Shown piece by piece: positions 47,847 to 56,133 of a stretch of DNA of 64,000 nucleotides (its first letter is position 1; every line of letters begins with the position of its first letter). This stretch comes from an uncultured Solibacteraceae bacterium (GTDB lineage: Bacteria > Acidobacteriota > Vicinamibacteria > Vicinamibacterales > SCN-69-37). The translations under genes and the position numbers were made by a program. The notes under the pieces are model-generated. The model worked only from the letters and a program-made list of their open reading frames with translations, made no database searches and had not been told where the DNA came from. Where the stretch lies: positions 2,428 to 66,427 of the forward strand of contig CAZAZR010000004.1 of NCBI GenBank assembly GCA_964489685.1, given 5' to 3'.

Positions 47847-48983
47847 ATGCGAGGTCTAATCAGCACATGTCTCATCGTGCGCAACGAAGAACAGCTGCTT
47901 GCCAATTGTCTGGCGAGCGCGGCTCCTTTCTCTGATGAAATCGTCGTTGTGGATACCGGGTCCACGGATCGGACGCCGGATATCGCGCGGTCGTTCGGCG
48001 CGCGACTGATCCGCAAGTCCTGGATGAACTACAGCGATGCGCGCAGCACCTACATCGAAGCCGCACGATGCCGATGGATTCTCGTGCTCGACGCCGACGA
48101 AGCCATTGCCCCCAGGGACCACGGGGCCGTCGTCCGGCTTGCCAGAAGCCGGACGCCTATCGGCTACCGGCTCACGGTCAGGAACTACACCGACGAACAC
48201 GACCTCATGTGGCGATGGTTCCCCAACGATCGCCGCTATCTGAAGGAGGAACGGTTCTCGCAGTGTTCCGGCTGGATGAAGACTCGCGCGTTGCGCCTGT
48301 TTCGGAACCTGCCGGCTGTTCGCTACCAGGAGGGCCCCACGCCACATCCGACACCGCTCGAGTCGTTGAAGCAGCACCGAGGCCTGATTGAGGACTGCGA
48401 CGACGTCACGATCCACCATTTTCAGTACCTGAAGGGCGGCGCCAGATTCGTCGCCGCCAAACAACGTGAGCGCCTGAAGGGGGAACGCGCGCACCTGAAG
48501 CGCTTTCCCGGGCAGACGTACCCGTACCTCAACGTGGCCCGGACTCTCTTCGCAGAAGGCCGCGATGCCGAGGCGCTCAGGCACCTGAATCGGGCGCTGA
48601 AACACGACCCGGAGTTTCATGACGCCTGGCAGCTCCATGGGATGATCGACTTCGAAAACGGACGGTACCGGTCCGCCGAGCGGGCCCTGCGCCGTGCGAT
48701 TGCAATCGACCCCGGCTCTTCCGACGCCTGGGCGTTGCTCGGCATGGTGCTGGTGGACGCGGGCGAACCGGTTGCGGCCCGTGAGGCACTGCAGACAGCG
48801 ATCGGCCTCCACCCGGGCCACTTGCTCGCGCACAACTCGCTCGGCGTGCTCTATGAGGACCTCGGCCATCAGACCCGGGCGCGCCGGCAGTTCAGGACGG
48901 CCATGCGTCTCCACCCCGGATTCAGGCCAGCCTCTGCGAACCTGCGGCGCCTTGAGCGCTCTCTCGGGAAGACCCGCGCATGA
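47847..48983 (+). CDS. Family-2 glycosyltransferase fused to C-terminal TPR repeats
   Basis: N-terminal 'ISTCLIVRNEEQLLANCLASAAPFSDEIVVVDTGSTDRT' and 'LVLDADE' (DxD). The C-terminal ~130 aa form TPR-like repeats (DAWQLHGMIDFENGRY..., DAWALLGMVLVDAGE...). Confidence 0.8.
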   Translation: MRGLISTCLIVRNEEQLLANCLASAAPFSDEIVVVDTGSTDRTPDIARSFGARLIRKSWMNYSDARSTYIEAARCRWILVLDADEAIAPRDHGAVVRLARSRTPIGYRLTVRNYTDEHDLMWRWFPNDRRYLKEERFSQCSGWMKTRALRLFRNLPAVRYQEGPTPHPTPLESLKQHRGLIEDCDDVTIHHFQYLKGGARFVAAKQRERLKGERAHLKRFPGQTYPYLNVARTLFAEGRDAEALRHLNRALKHDPEFHDAWQLHGMIDFENGRYRSAERALRRAIAIDPGSSDAWALLGMVLVDAGEPVAAREALQTAIGLHPGHLLAHNSLGVLYEDLGHQTRARRQFRTAMRLHPGFRPASANLRRLERSLGKTRA

Positions 48984-50200
48984 CCCTGCGCCGACTGGCC
49001 GGCCGTTGGCTCCGACGGCTCGGCTGGAGGCGATCCACCGACAGACAGGCACCGCGCGTGCGAGCATCCGAACGCCTGCGCGACGTCCCGACGAAAGTCA
49101 CGATTCGAGACGATCGGACCCTCCTGGTTAACGGCGAGCCGTTTTTCCCGAACGGCCTGTATTACGCCAGAGACCAGATCGCGGATGCGAGTGGGGATGG
49201 CCTGCGCGCCTTGCGCGACATGGGATTCAACAGCGTCTTTGTGGATGGCGACATCGAGTCGGTCGATGACCTCGACCGCATCCATCGCGCGGGCTTGTAC
49301 GTCTGCTGTCGGCCTGGAGGACGCCTCTACAGCCAGTTCCAGCATCTAAAAACCATCGTCGCCATCTACGGGGCTCACCCGGCACTGCTCTTCTGGGAGA
49401 TGGACGATGAGCCGGTGCTCAATCATGTGCCGCTGGAGGAGACGAAGCAGGGTTGCCAACTGGTTCGCGCCATCGACCCGTTTCATCCTATTCTCTGCAA
49501 CCAGTGGCTCTCGACGATGGCTGAAGAGCAGGAGATGCGCGACTGGGGACAATTGGCTGACGTTTATGGCTTCAGTTGCTACCCGGTTCCCTCGGCGCGA
49601 TGGGGCAGCCGGATGCGGCTGGTCGAAGAGGGCTGGCCGCACTCGATCGCGGTGGTGGGCACGCAGACGAGGGCCTGGCGGTCATACGCCCCAGGCAAGC
49701 CCATCGTACCCGTGCTGCAGGCGTGGGCGTGGAACTGCCTCGAGGATGGCGACGCGGCGTATCCGTCGCTTCACGAGGCGCGCTTCATGACGTACCAGGC
49801 GGTCATTCAGGGTGCGAATGGCCTTCATCACTATGGCGTGGTCAATCCGACCCGGCCACATCTTGCTTGCGGCATCCCCCCGGTGCTGCGCGAGGACCTC
49901 GACCGTACCCACGCCGACTTCGAGGAGGCGCAGTGGCGCAACCGGATCTTCTGGACGTACTATTCGTCCGTGGTTGAGGAGATCGCGCGCATGGGCGCGG
50001 TGTTCACCTCACGCGACAGTGAATGGCGGCCAGGGCCCCTGCCCGCTTCCATTGAATATCGCGTGAAGCACCATGATGGGATGAACGTGATCCTGCTGGT
50101 GAACGCGTCGGCCGAACCGGTGGCGCTGCGGATTGAGGGCGTCACCGACGAGGTCGTCGAGGGGTTCGGCGTCAGGGTCTATTCAGGAGGAACACGGTGA
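48980..50200 (+). CDS. Hypothetical protein, TIM-barrel glycoside-hydrolase-like
   Basis: 406 aa. 'LVNGEPFFPNGLYY', 'GFNSVFV' and 'LLFWEMDDEP' resemble clan GH-A features ([ND]-E-P acid/base). ATGA overlap with the upstream gene. The assignment is tentative. Confidence 0.4.
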   Translation: MTLRRLAGRWLRRLGWRRSTDRQAPRVRASERLRDVPTKVTIRDDRTLLVNGEPFFPNGLYYARDQIADASGDGLRALRDMGFNSVFVDGDIESVDDLDRIHRAGLYVCCRPGGRLYSQFQHLKTIVAIYGAHPALLFWEMDDEPVLNHVPLEETKQGCQLVRAIDPFHPILCNQWLSTMAEEQEMRDWGQLADVYGFSCYPVPSARWGSRMRLVEEGWPHSIAVVGTQTRAWRSYAPGKPIVPVLQAWAWNCLEDGDAAYPSLHEARFMTYQAVIQGANGLHHYGVVNPTRPHLACGIPPVLREDLDRTHADFEEAQWRNRIFWTYYSSVVEEIARMGAVFTSRDSEWRPGPLPASIEYRVKHHDGMNVILLVNASAEPVALRIEGVTDEVVEGFGVRVYSGGTR

Positions 50201-50472
50201 TTCCGACGAAACACAGGCACGTGAAGTGGAAGAAGACCGGCTCAACCGGCGTGCTGTTGAATCTGGTGAGTGGTGACTATTACGAACTGGACGGCACTGC
50301 GATCGCGATCTGGAACGCCATCGATGGCCGGACGCCGGTGGCGGGGATCGTCAGAAAGATCGCGACCGCGTACCGTGTGGCGCCAAAGACCGTGGAAAAA
50401 GACGTGACGAGCTTCCTGGCGGCACTGCACAAACGAACACTCATTCAGTCGATCGGAGGGCACGGGCTTTAG
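50197..50472 (+). CDS. PqqD family protein (RRE-type peptide-binding chaperone), copy 1
   Basis: 91 aa with a GTG start overlapping the upstream stop (GTGA). 'VLLNLVSGDYYELDGTAIAIWNAIDGRTPVAGIVRKIATAY...VEKDVTSFLAALHKRTLI' fits the PqqD pattern. Confidence 0.75.
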   Translation: MIPTKHRHVKWKKTGSTGVLLNLVSGDYYELDGTAIAIWNAIDGRTPVAGIVRKIATAYRVAPKTVEKDVTSFLAALHKRTLIQSIGGHGL

Positions 50473-51185
50473 CCCGTACCATACCGGCGCCGAATGGCCT
50501 CGTCGCGGATCTTGTTGACGTCGCGATGCCAGTTCCGGTCGGTCTGCGTGAGGCTCGATGGGTGACGACGCCAGAGGTAGTAGACCTCTCCCCGCAGATA
50601 TTTGAAACGAGCCACCTCGGCCACTTTCATCCAGAGGCTCCAGTCATCCACTGAATACACCGACTCGTCATAGCCGCCAACCTGACGAACCAGAGCCGTG
50701 CGGCTCAATGACCCTGCGTGGTTGACGGTGTTTTCGACCAGGTCCCAGGCGGCATGGGCATCCTTGCCATGGATCGCGGCCGGTCCAAGCACTCGGTTCC
50801 TGCCGTCCGTCATGACCTCCAGCACCGCCCCATACACGACGCCAATCTTCGGATGTGCATCCAGGTAGTCACTGAGGCGTCGCAGGGCGCCCGGCAGCAA
50901 CAGGTCGTCGGCATCACAGGGCATCACGTATCGGCCGCGCGCAAGCGACAGCAGCCGGTTCCTGGTCGCGCCGGCGCCGCGGTTCGTGTCATTCCGAAAC
51001 AGCCGGACCTTCTCGTGTCCCGCATACTTCTGCAAGCGCTGCCACGTCGCATCGCACGACGCGTCGTCGACAATCAGGAGTTCGAAGGAGCCGAACTTCT
51101 GGGCCAGAACACTCTGAATGGCCTCGTCAATAAATGTCGCAGCATTAAACGCCGGCATCGCGATGGTGACCTTCATCCGCCCCAC
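50469..51185 (-). CDS. Family-2 glycosyltransferase
   Basis: 'VTIAMPAFNAATFIDEAIQSVLAQKFGSFELLIVDDASCDAT' and 'CDADD'. Overlaps the upstream asnB-like gene by 13 nt. Confidence 0.85.
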   Translation of the reverse strand: MGRMKVTIAMPAFNAATFIDEAIQSVLAQKFGSFELLIVDDASCDATWQRLQKYAGHEKVRLFRNDTNRGAGATRNRLLSLARGRYVMPCDADDLLLPGALRRLSDYLDAHPKIGVVYGAVLEVMTDGRNRVLGPAAIHGKDAHAAWDLVENTVNHAGSLSRTALVRQVGGYDESVYSVDDWSLWMKVAEVARFKYLRGEVYYLWRRHPSSLTQTDRNWHRDVNKIRDEAIRRRYGTG

Positions 51186-52888
51186 CTCCGCTGCCAGCTT
51201 TCGAACATGAACAGTGTCCAGAACTTGTACCCGTGCACACGCTCGAGCCGGTCGTGTTCGCGCTGCATCCGTTCGAGCATCATCATGTCGAACAACCCGC
51301 GTCGGCGCAGCGAATCACTGAACACCGTGTCGTAGACCATATCGCGCCACGGTCCCTTCTCCCAAAGCCACACGTCCATCGGAATGCTGAAGCCCTTCTT
51401 GGGACGCTGGAGGACCTCGCTCGGCAACATGTCTCTCATGGCTTCGCGCAGCAGGTACTTCCGGACGCCGCTGCGGACCTTCATCTGATCCGGAAGCCGC
51501 AGGGCGAACTGCGCAAGCTGGTGGTTGAGAAACGGCACCCGGAGTTCCAGTGAGTGCATCATCGAGACGCGGTCGGACTTGAGCAGGATGTCGGACGGCA
51601 GGTACGTCTTCAGATCGTCCAGGAGTGAGTGCTTGAGGGGCGAGAGTCCATGAGCCGGTGCGGGACGTCGCTTCGTCCGCCTCCACACTGACGCGTACAG
51701 CTGGTCGCGCTCCTCCCGGGTGAAGACCGCCCGCGATGGATGACCATCCGACCGGCGCGACCCGTGCCAGGGATACCCACCAAATAGCTCGTCAGCCCCT
51801 TCGCCTGACAACGCGGTCTTCACGACCTGACTCGCCGCCTGGCACACAGCGAACATCGGGATCGACGACGAATCTGCGAATGGCTCGTCAAAGTGTTCGA
51901 TCAATTGGAGCGCAATCTCAGTCGCCGTCGACTTCGTGACCAGAACCTCGTGGTGCCGTGTGCCGAACCGCTTCGCCACCAACCGCGCCCAGGGGCCCTC
52001 GTCGAAGTCGCCCTCTCGGAACGCCGCCGAAAACGTGTGCAGCCTGGTTTCACTCGCGCGCGAGGCGACCGCCGTGACCGTGCTCGAATCGAGTCCGCCG
52101 CTCAGTAACACACCGACCGGGACATCACTTCTCAGGCTGATGCGAACGCTTCGCTCGATCTCGTTCTGCAGTCGGGCCACCGGATTGGCGAGTGGCCTCC
52201 TGCTGGCAATTTCTGGCACCGGGTTCCAGTACCGCGTCTGCTTCACGCGGCCCCGCCTCACGGTCAGGACATGCCCTGGTGCAAGTTTGTGCACATGCCT
52301 GAACACCGTCTGCGGCTCCGGGAGCGCGAGTGTGCCGAAATAGCTGTCGAGGGCGCCCCGATCGAGTGCGCGATCCACACCGCGATATTGCAGCAGTGCC
52401 TTCAACTCCGAGGCGAACAGGAAGGCCGACTGGTCATGGTAGTAGTACAGCGGCTTCACGCCAAACCGATCGCGGGCGAGATACAACGAGTCGGCTGCCT
52501 CGTCCCAGATCGCGATCGCGAACATTCCCTCGAGGCGCAGAAAGCCGGCCACGCCCTCGGCCGCGAACAATCTCAGGATCACTTCCGTGTCGCTGCGGGA
52601 CACGAACTGGTGGCCCGACTCCTCGAGTTCGCAACGCAGTTCAACGTAGTTGTAGATTTCGCTGTTGGACACAAGGCGCAGGGGGCGGGGGCCCCGTAGT
52701 GTCATGGGCTGTGCGCCACCCGCCGCATCGATGATCGAGAGGCGCCGGTGCCCCAGGCCAACGGCGCCATCAAAATGAAACCGCTCATCGTCGGGCCCGC
52801 GGTGCGCGAGCGCGCGCGTCATCCGCCGCACAAGCGCGCGATCAACGGGCGTCGCATCGAACTTCACCTGACCGCTGATACCGCACAT
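51173..52888 (-). CDS. asnB: Asparagine synthase (glutamine-hydrolysing) family amidotransferase
   Basis: 571 aa. Intact N-terminal nucleophile MCGI, 'HRGPDD', 'RRLSIID' and the PP-loop 'LLSGGLDSS'. Confidence 0.85.
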   Translation of the reverse strand: MCGISGQVKFDATPVDRALVRRMTRALAHRGPDDERFHFDGAVGLGHRRLSIIDAAGGAQPMTLRGPRPLRLVSNSEIYNYVELRCELEESGHQFVSRSDTEVILRLFAAEGVAGFLRLEGMFAIAIWDEAADSLYLARDRFGVKPLYYYHDQSAFLFASELKALLQYRGVDRALDRGALDSYFGTLALPEPQTVFRHVHKLAPGHVLTVRRGRVKQTRYWNPVPEIASRRPLANPVARLQNEIERSVRISLRSDVPVGVLLSGGLDSSTVTAVASRASETRLHTFSAAFREGDFDEGPWARLVAKRFGTRHHEVLVTKSTATEIALQLIEHFDEPFADSSSIPMFAVCQAASQVVKTALSGEGADELFGGYPWHGSRRSDGHPSRAVFTREERDQLYASVWRRTKRRPAPAHGLSPLKHSLLDDLKTYLPSDILLKSDRVSMMHSLELRVPFLNHQLAQFALRLPDQMKVRSGVRKYLLREAMRDMLPSEVLQRPKKGFSIPMDVWLWEKGPWRDMVYDTVFSDSLRRRGLFDMMMLERMQREHDRLERVHGYKFWTLFMFESWQRRWGG

Positions 52889-52910
52889 AAACGCGTGTTA
52901 GGATTCTACC

Positions 52911-53195
52911 GTGATGAGCAGCCTGCGTGGCCGTGTGCCGGCCAGAGGCGAATCGGTTCAGTGGCGTGAGTTCGGCGCAGAGGCCATCCTGCTCGACCCG
53001 GTGACCGGTCAGTTCGCACAAGTCAACGACTCAGGGATGGCCATCTGGGCCCGCATCGACGGGTGTCGAACGATCGAGGACATCGGCCGGGAGATCGCCG
53101 GGGAATGTGAAGTCGATCCAGCGGACATTGTGACGGACGTTCAGGCGTTCATCGATGACTTGGTCGACAAGCGCCTGCTCACACTCGCGTCATGA
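52911..53195 (+). CDS. PqqD family protein (RRE-type), copy 2
   Basis: 94 aa, starting at GTG 52911 or ATG 52914. 'AILLDPVTGQFAQVNDSGMAIWARIDGCRTIEDIGREIAGECEVDPADIVTDVQAFIDDLVDKRLL'. Confidence 0.75.
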   Translation: MMSSLRGRVPARGESVQWREFGAEAILLDPVTGQFAQVNDSGMAIWARIDGCRTIEDIGREIAGECEVDPADIVTDVQAFIDDLVDKRLLTLAS

Positions 53196-54136
53196 CCGAC
53201 GCCTTCCGCATCGCCGGCGTGGAGATTCACGTCGAGACGGACGACGGCGCGCTCCGCGCACTGGTCATGACACATTGGGAGCCCTTTGCCGTTGGCCGCG
53301 CAGGCCGGCGCAAGCCCGGCGCCATCTTCCGTTTTACCGACCACGGTGGTCCGACGCTGTCCCGCCTGAAGACCTGGGCCTCCTTCTCGAACGACCGGGT
53401 CATCTTCCTCACCGACGGGAAGCGCTACCTCCTGACGGGCTATTGCTATGACCGTCCGTGGCAATTCGATTGCCGATCGCTGCCGGCGTGGAACGCCGAT
53501 TTCGTTTATTACTACGTCTTCGAACCGGTGTTGCACGACGTGCTGAAGCGCCTGGGTGTGCTCGCCTGGCACTGCGCGGCACTGGAGCGAGGGGGGGCCG
53601 CAGCCCTTCTTCCTGGAGTATCGGGCAGTGGAAAATCCACCACCACCCTCAACCTGCTCACCTGCGGGTTCCGCTTTATGGCTGACGACGCGGCGTTCTT
53701 GCGAGTGAAGGGGCGAACGCTGGAGGTATTCGGGCTCGACACGGGCGTCTATGTGACGGAGCGGTCGTTGCGCCTGCTGCCAGAGTGGCGTCCATCCGTT
53801 CTACCCGGCCGGCATCGAAAGGGTCGGCAATGGAAATACCACGTGAACCTGACAGATCGACGATCGAAGCGCCGTTCGCCGCCTATCGTGAAGTACTTGT
53901 TGTTCCCGCGAATTGCAGAAGGCCTCACCACGAGGATCGAGAGGCTCACACCAGCTGAGGCCCTGCTCGAGTGTCTGAAGCAGACGCCCAAGGAGTTCCC
54001 CTCGTCGCTCATCGGACCAGCGGCCGTCGAGGCACAGTTCGAGATCTATTCCCTCCTCTCGCGTTCAGCCGCCGCTTATCGAGTGCATCTGGGCTCCGAT
54101 CAGGATGGAGTTCGGACCGCACTCTCGCGCCTCTGA
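53192..54136 (+). CDS. HPr-kinase-like (HprK-related) P-loop kinase
   Basis: 314 aa. 'HCAALERGGAAALLPGVSGSGKSTTTLNLLTCGFRFMADDAAFL' matches the HprK C-terminal catalytic-domain pattern. ATGA overlap with the PqqD gene. Confidence 0.7.
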   Translation: MTDAFRIAGVEIHVETDDGALRALVMTHWEPFAVGRAGRRKPGAIFRFTDHGGPTLSRLKTWASFSNDRVIFLTDGKRYLLTGYCYDRPWQFDCRSLPAWNADFVYYYVFEPVLHDVLKRLGVLAWHCAALERGGAAALLPGVSGSGKSTTTLNLLTCGFRFMADDAAFLRVKGRTLEVFGLDTGVYVTERSLRLLPEWRPSVLPGRHRKGRQWKYHVNLTDRRSKRRSPPIVKYLLFPRIAEGLTTRIERLTPAEALLECLKQTPKEFPSSLIGPAAVEAQFEIYSLLSRSAAAYRVHLGSDQDGVRTALSRL

Positions 54137-55227
54137 TGAGCGTGCCCATTCTGTTCGAGATCCATCCCGCCACCTTTGGCGGCACCGAACGTTTTCTCTC
54201 GCTGCTGCTTCCACGCCTGGACCGGCGCCGCTTTGCGCCCATGGTGATTGCACCGCGAGCCGGTGCGCCTCTCGCACGTATTGCGGCCCTCGGAGTACCG
54301 ACCGTGGTCGTCGAGCACTATTTCTCGCAACGCGGCATCCGGGCGATTGCGAGCGTCATCCGGGAACACCGAATCGGCCTGGTGCAGTCGAACTACTACG
54401 CCTCACACCTGGCGATGGCGGCCAACCTCGCGGAGGTGCCACACATCTGGCGCCTGGGCGGGCACGTCGGCGTTGGCAGCGGCGCGAGCAGCGTCGCGGA
54501 CGAACATTTGACGCTCAAGATGATTCAACTGCTTTCACAGGTGGTCGTCTGCAACTCCCAGTTCATCCGCCACCAGTTCGGCCGCGCCAAGGCGTCGGTC
54601 CAGGTCATTCCGAACGGCGTCGAGATTCCCCCTGTTCGACCAGGGCGCAACCGGCAGGGACCGTACCGGATCGGCATGATTGCCCACTTCACGGCACAGA
54701 AGCGGCATGAGGACTTCATCGAGGCGGCCGCCGCGGTTGCCTCCGGGCGCGACGACGTGACGTTCACGATCCTCGGTCGCGAGTATGCACACGGCGAGAG
54801 CCGCCGCTATGCGGCCCGGATGCGGCGCCTTGCTCGCGACGTGCCTCGAGTGACCCTGGGCGAGTTCTCCGACGGCCACGCGGCTCGAGATTTCGACATC
54901 CTTGTGCTGCCGTCGATCGGCGAGAGTCACAGCAATGCCGTGCTCGAGGCCATGGCGGCGGGCGTGCCCGTCGTTGCTGCCCGATCGGGCGGTAACGCTG
55001 AGTTGGTGCGGCACAAGGTAACGGGCCTTCTGGTCGCTCCGCAGCATCCTCAGGCGCTGGCCAAGGCTGTGATCGCCCTCCTTGATGCCCCGTCAACGCG
55101 TCAGGCCATGGGTGCGGCTGCCCGTACAGATGCGCGTGACAGGTTCTCGATTGGCGGCTGCGTCAGGCGGTATGAGAATCTCTATCGCACGATCCTGCGA
55201 GGGACACTCCCTACGGCCGAATCGTGA
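54136..55227 (+). CDS. Family-4 (GT-B) glycosyltransferase
   Basis: Start trimmed to MSVPILFEI (TGATG overlap with the kinase stop). N-terminal 'FGGTERF' and the C-terminal 'LPSIGESHSNAVLEAMAAGVPVVAARSGGNAELV' EX7E region. Confidence 0.85.
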   Translation: MSVPILFEIHPATFGGTERFLSLLLPRLDRRRFAPMVIAPRAGAPLARIAALGVPTVVVEHYFSQRGIRAIASVIREHRIGLVQSNYYASHLAMAANLAEVPHIWRLGGHVGVGSGASSVADEHLTLKMIQLLSQVVVCNSQFIRHQFGRAKASVQVIPNGVEIPPVRPGRNRQGPYRIGMIAHFTAQKRHEDFIEAAAAVASGRDDVTFTILGREYAHGESRRYAARMRRLARDVPRVTLGEFSDGHAARDFDILVLPSIGESHSNAVLEAMAAGVPVVAARSGGNAELVRHKVTGLLVAPQHPQALAKAVIALLDAPSTRQAMGAAARTDARDRFSIGGCVRRYENLYRTILRGTLPTAES

Positions 55228-55834
55228 CCTTCTTGATCACCTGGGGTGTCACGGGCGCGCTCATGTTGCCATCCCCACCCATCCTCGTTGGGGTATTGGC
55301 AATCGCGTCAACGACGTCGAGGCCCGCGGTCACCTTGCCGAAGATCACGTAGTTGGGCGGCAGCGGATAGTCGTCGTGCATGATGAAGAACTGGCTGCCG
55401 TTGGTGTTCGCGCCGCTGTTGGCCATCGCCACAATTCCCCGGCGGTAGCCGGCCCGGTAGAGGGCTGAGTCCGCGATTTCGTCCGCGAAGGACGCGCCCC
55501 ACGCACTCTGCCCGCCCGAGCCGTCACCCGCAGGGTCGCCGCCCTGGAGCATGAAGCCTTTGATGATGCGGTGAAAGGTCAGGCCGTCGTAGTAGCCGTG
55601 CTCGGCGAGCAACCGGAAGTTCTCCACCGCCTTGGGCGCATCAGTGGCGAAGAATTCAATCTCGACGGCGCCCATGCCTGTCTCGACGATCGCGTGTTGT
55701 CCGCCCGAACTCTTGGCGCCCGCAGGCACCCTCGGATTGCCGACCTCAGGGGGTGGCGGCGCCGCACTGCACGCGGCCAGCATCAACAGCACAAGAGTCA
55801 GACAACAGCTCAGTCGGCGCGATCTCATGGTCAT
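55211..55834 (-). CDS. Cyclophilin-type peptidyl-prolyl cis-trans isomerase, lipoprotein
   Basis: Lipobox LMLAACS, then 'FHRIIKGFMLQGGDP' and 'NGSQFFI'. Confidence 0.9.
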   Translation of the reverse strand: MTMRSRRLSCCLTLVLLMLAACSAAPPPPEVGNPRVPAGAKSSGGQHAIVETGMGAVEIEFFATDAPKAVENFRLLAEHGYYDGLTFHRIIKGFMLQGGDPAGDGSGGQSAWGASFADEIADSALYRAGYRRGIVAMANSGANTNGSQFFIMHDDYPLPPNYVIFGKVTAGLDVVDAIANTPTRMGGDGNMSAPVTPQVIKKVTIRP

Positions 55835-55911
55835 CAAGTTAACACGAGCGCGGCCAACGAAGGCGTGAACGGCCGGGTTGCCATCCATGCCAACCAGTCC
55901 GATAATGAGAC

Positions 55912-56133
55912 ATGCACATCGTAGGGCGACGAACCGTGGACGGCCACGCCCTCGCCGACCAGGGGGCGCTCGCCAGGACGGCGGCGTTGCTGCGCGGCAC
56001 CTCGGCGATCGTGCCTCGGGGCGTGTACCGATTCTCCAGCTTCGACGAGGCCGACACGTGGATGACCAACGCGATTCGGAGTACGCACGAGCGCCTGAGC
56101 CGGCCGACCTCCTCCGCCTCTGTCGGGCGCTGA
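55912..56133 (+). CDS. Small hypothetical protein
   Basis: 73 aa. The segment 'VPRGVYRFSSFDEADTWM' resembles a small conserved protein I recall seeing in other genomes. Overlaps the next ORF by 76 nt in another frame. Confidence 0.4.
   Translation: MHIVGRRTVDGHALADQGALARTAALLRGTSAIVPRGVYRFSSFDEADTWMTNAIRSTHERLSRPTSSASVGR

Noticed and set aside
46621-55227. Calling the cluster a canonical lasso-peptide BGC.
   Set aside because: There is no transglutaminase-like B2 protease and no ABC exporter. The AsnB homolog has an intact glutaminase Cys. The only candidate peptide has a 3-residue 'core' and no Asp or Glu for ring closure.
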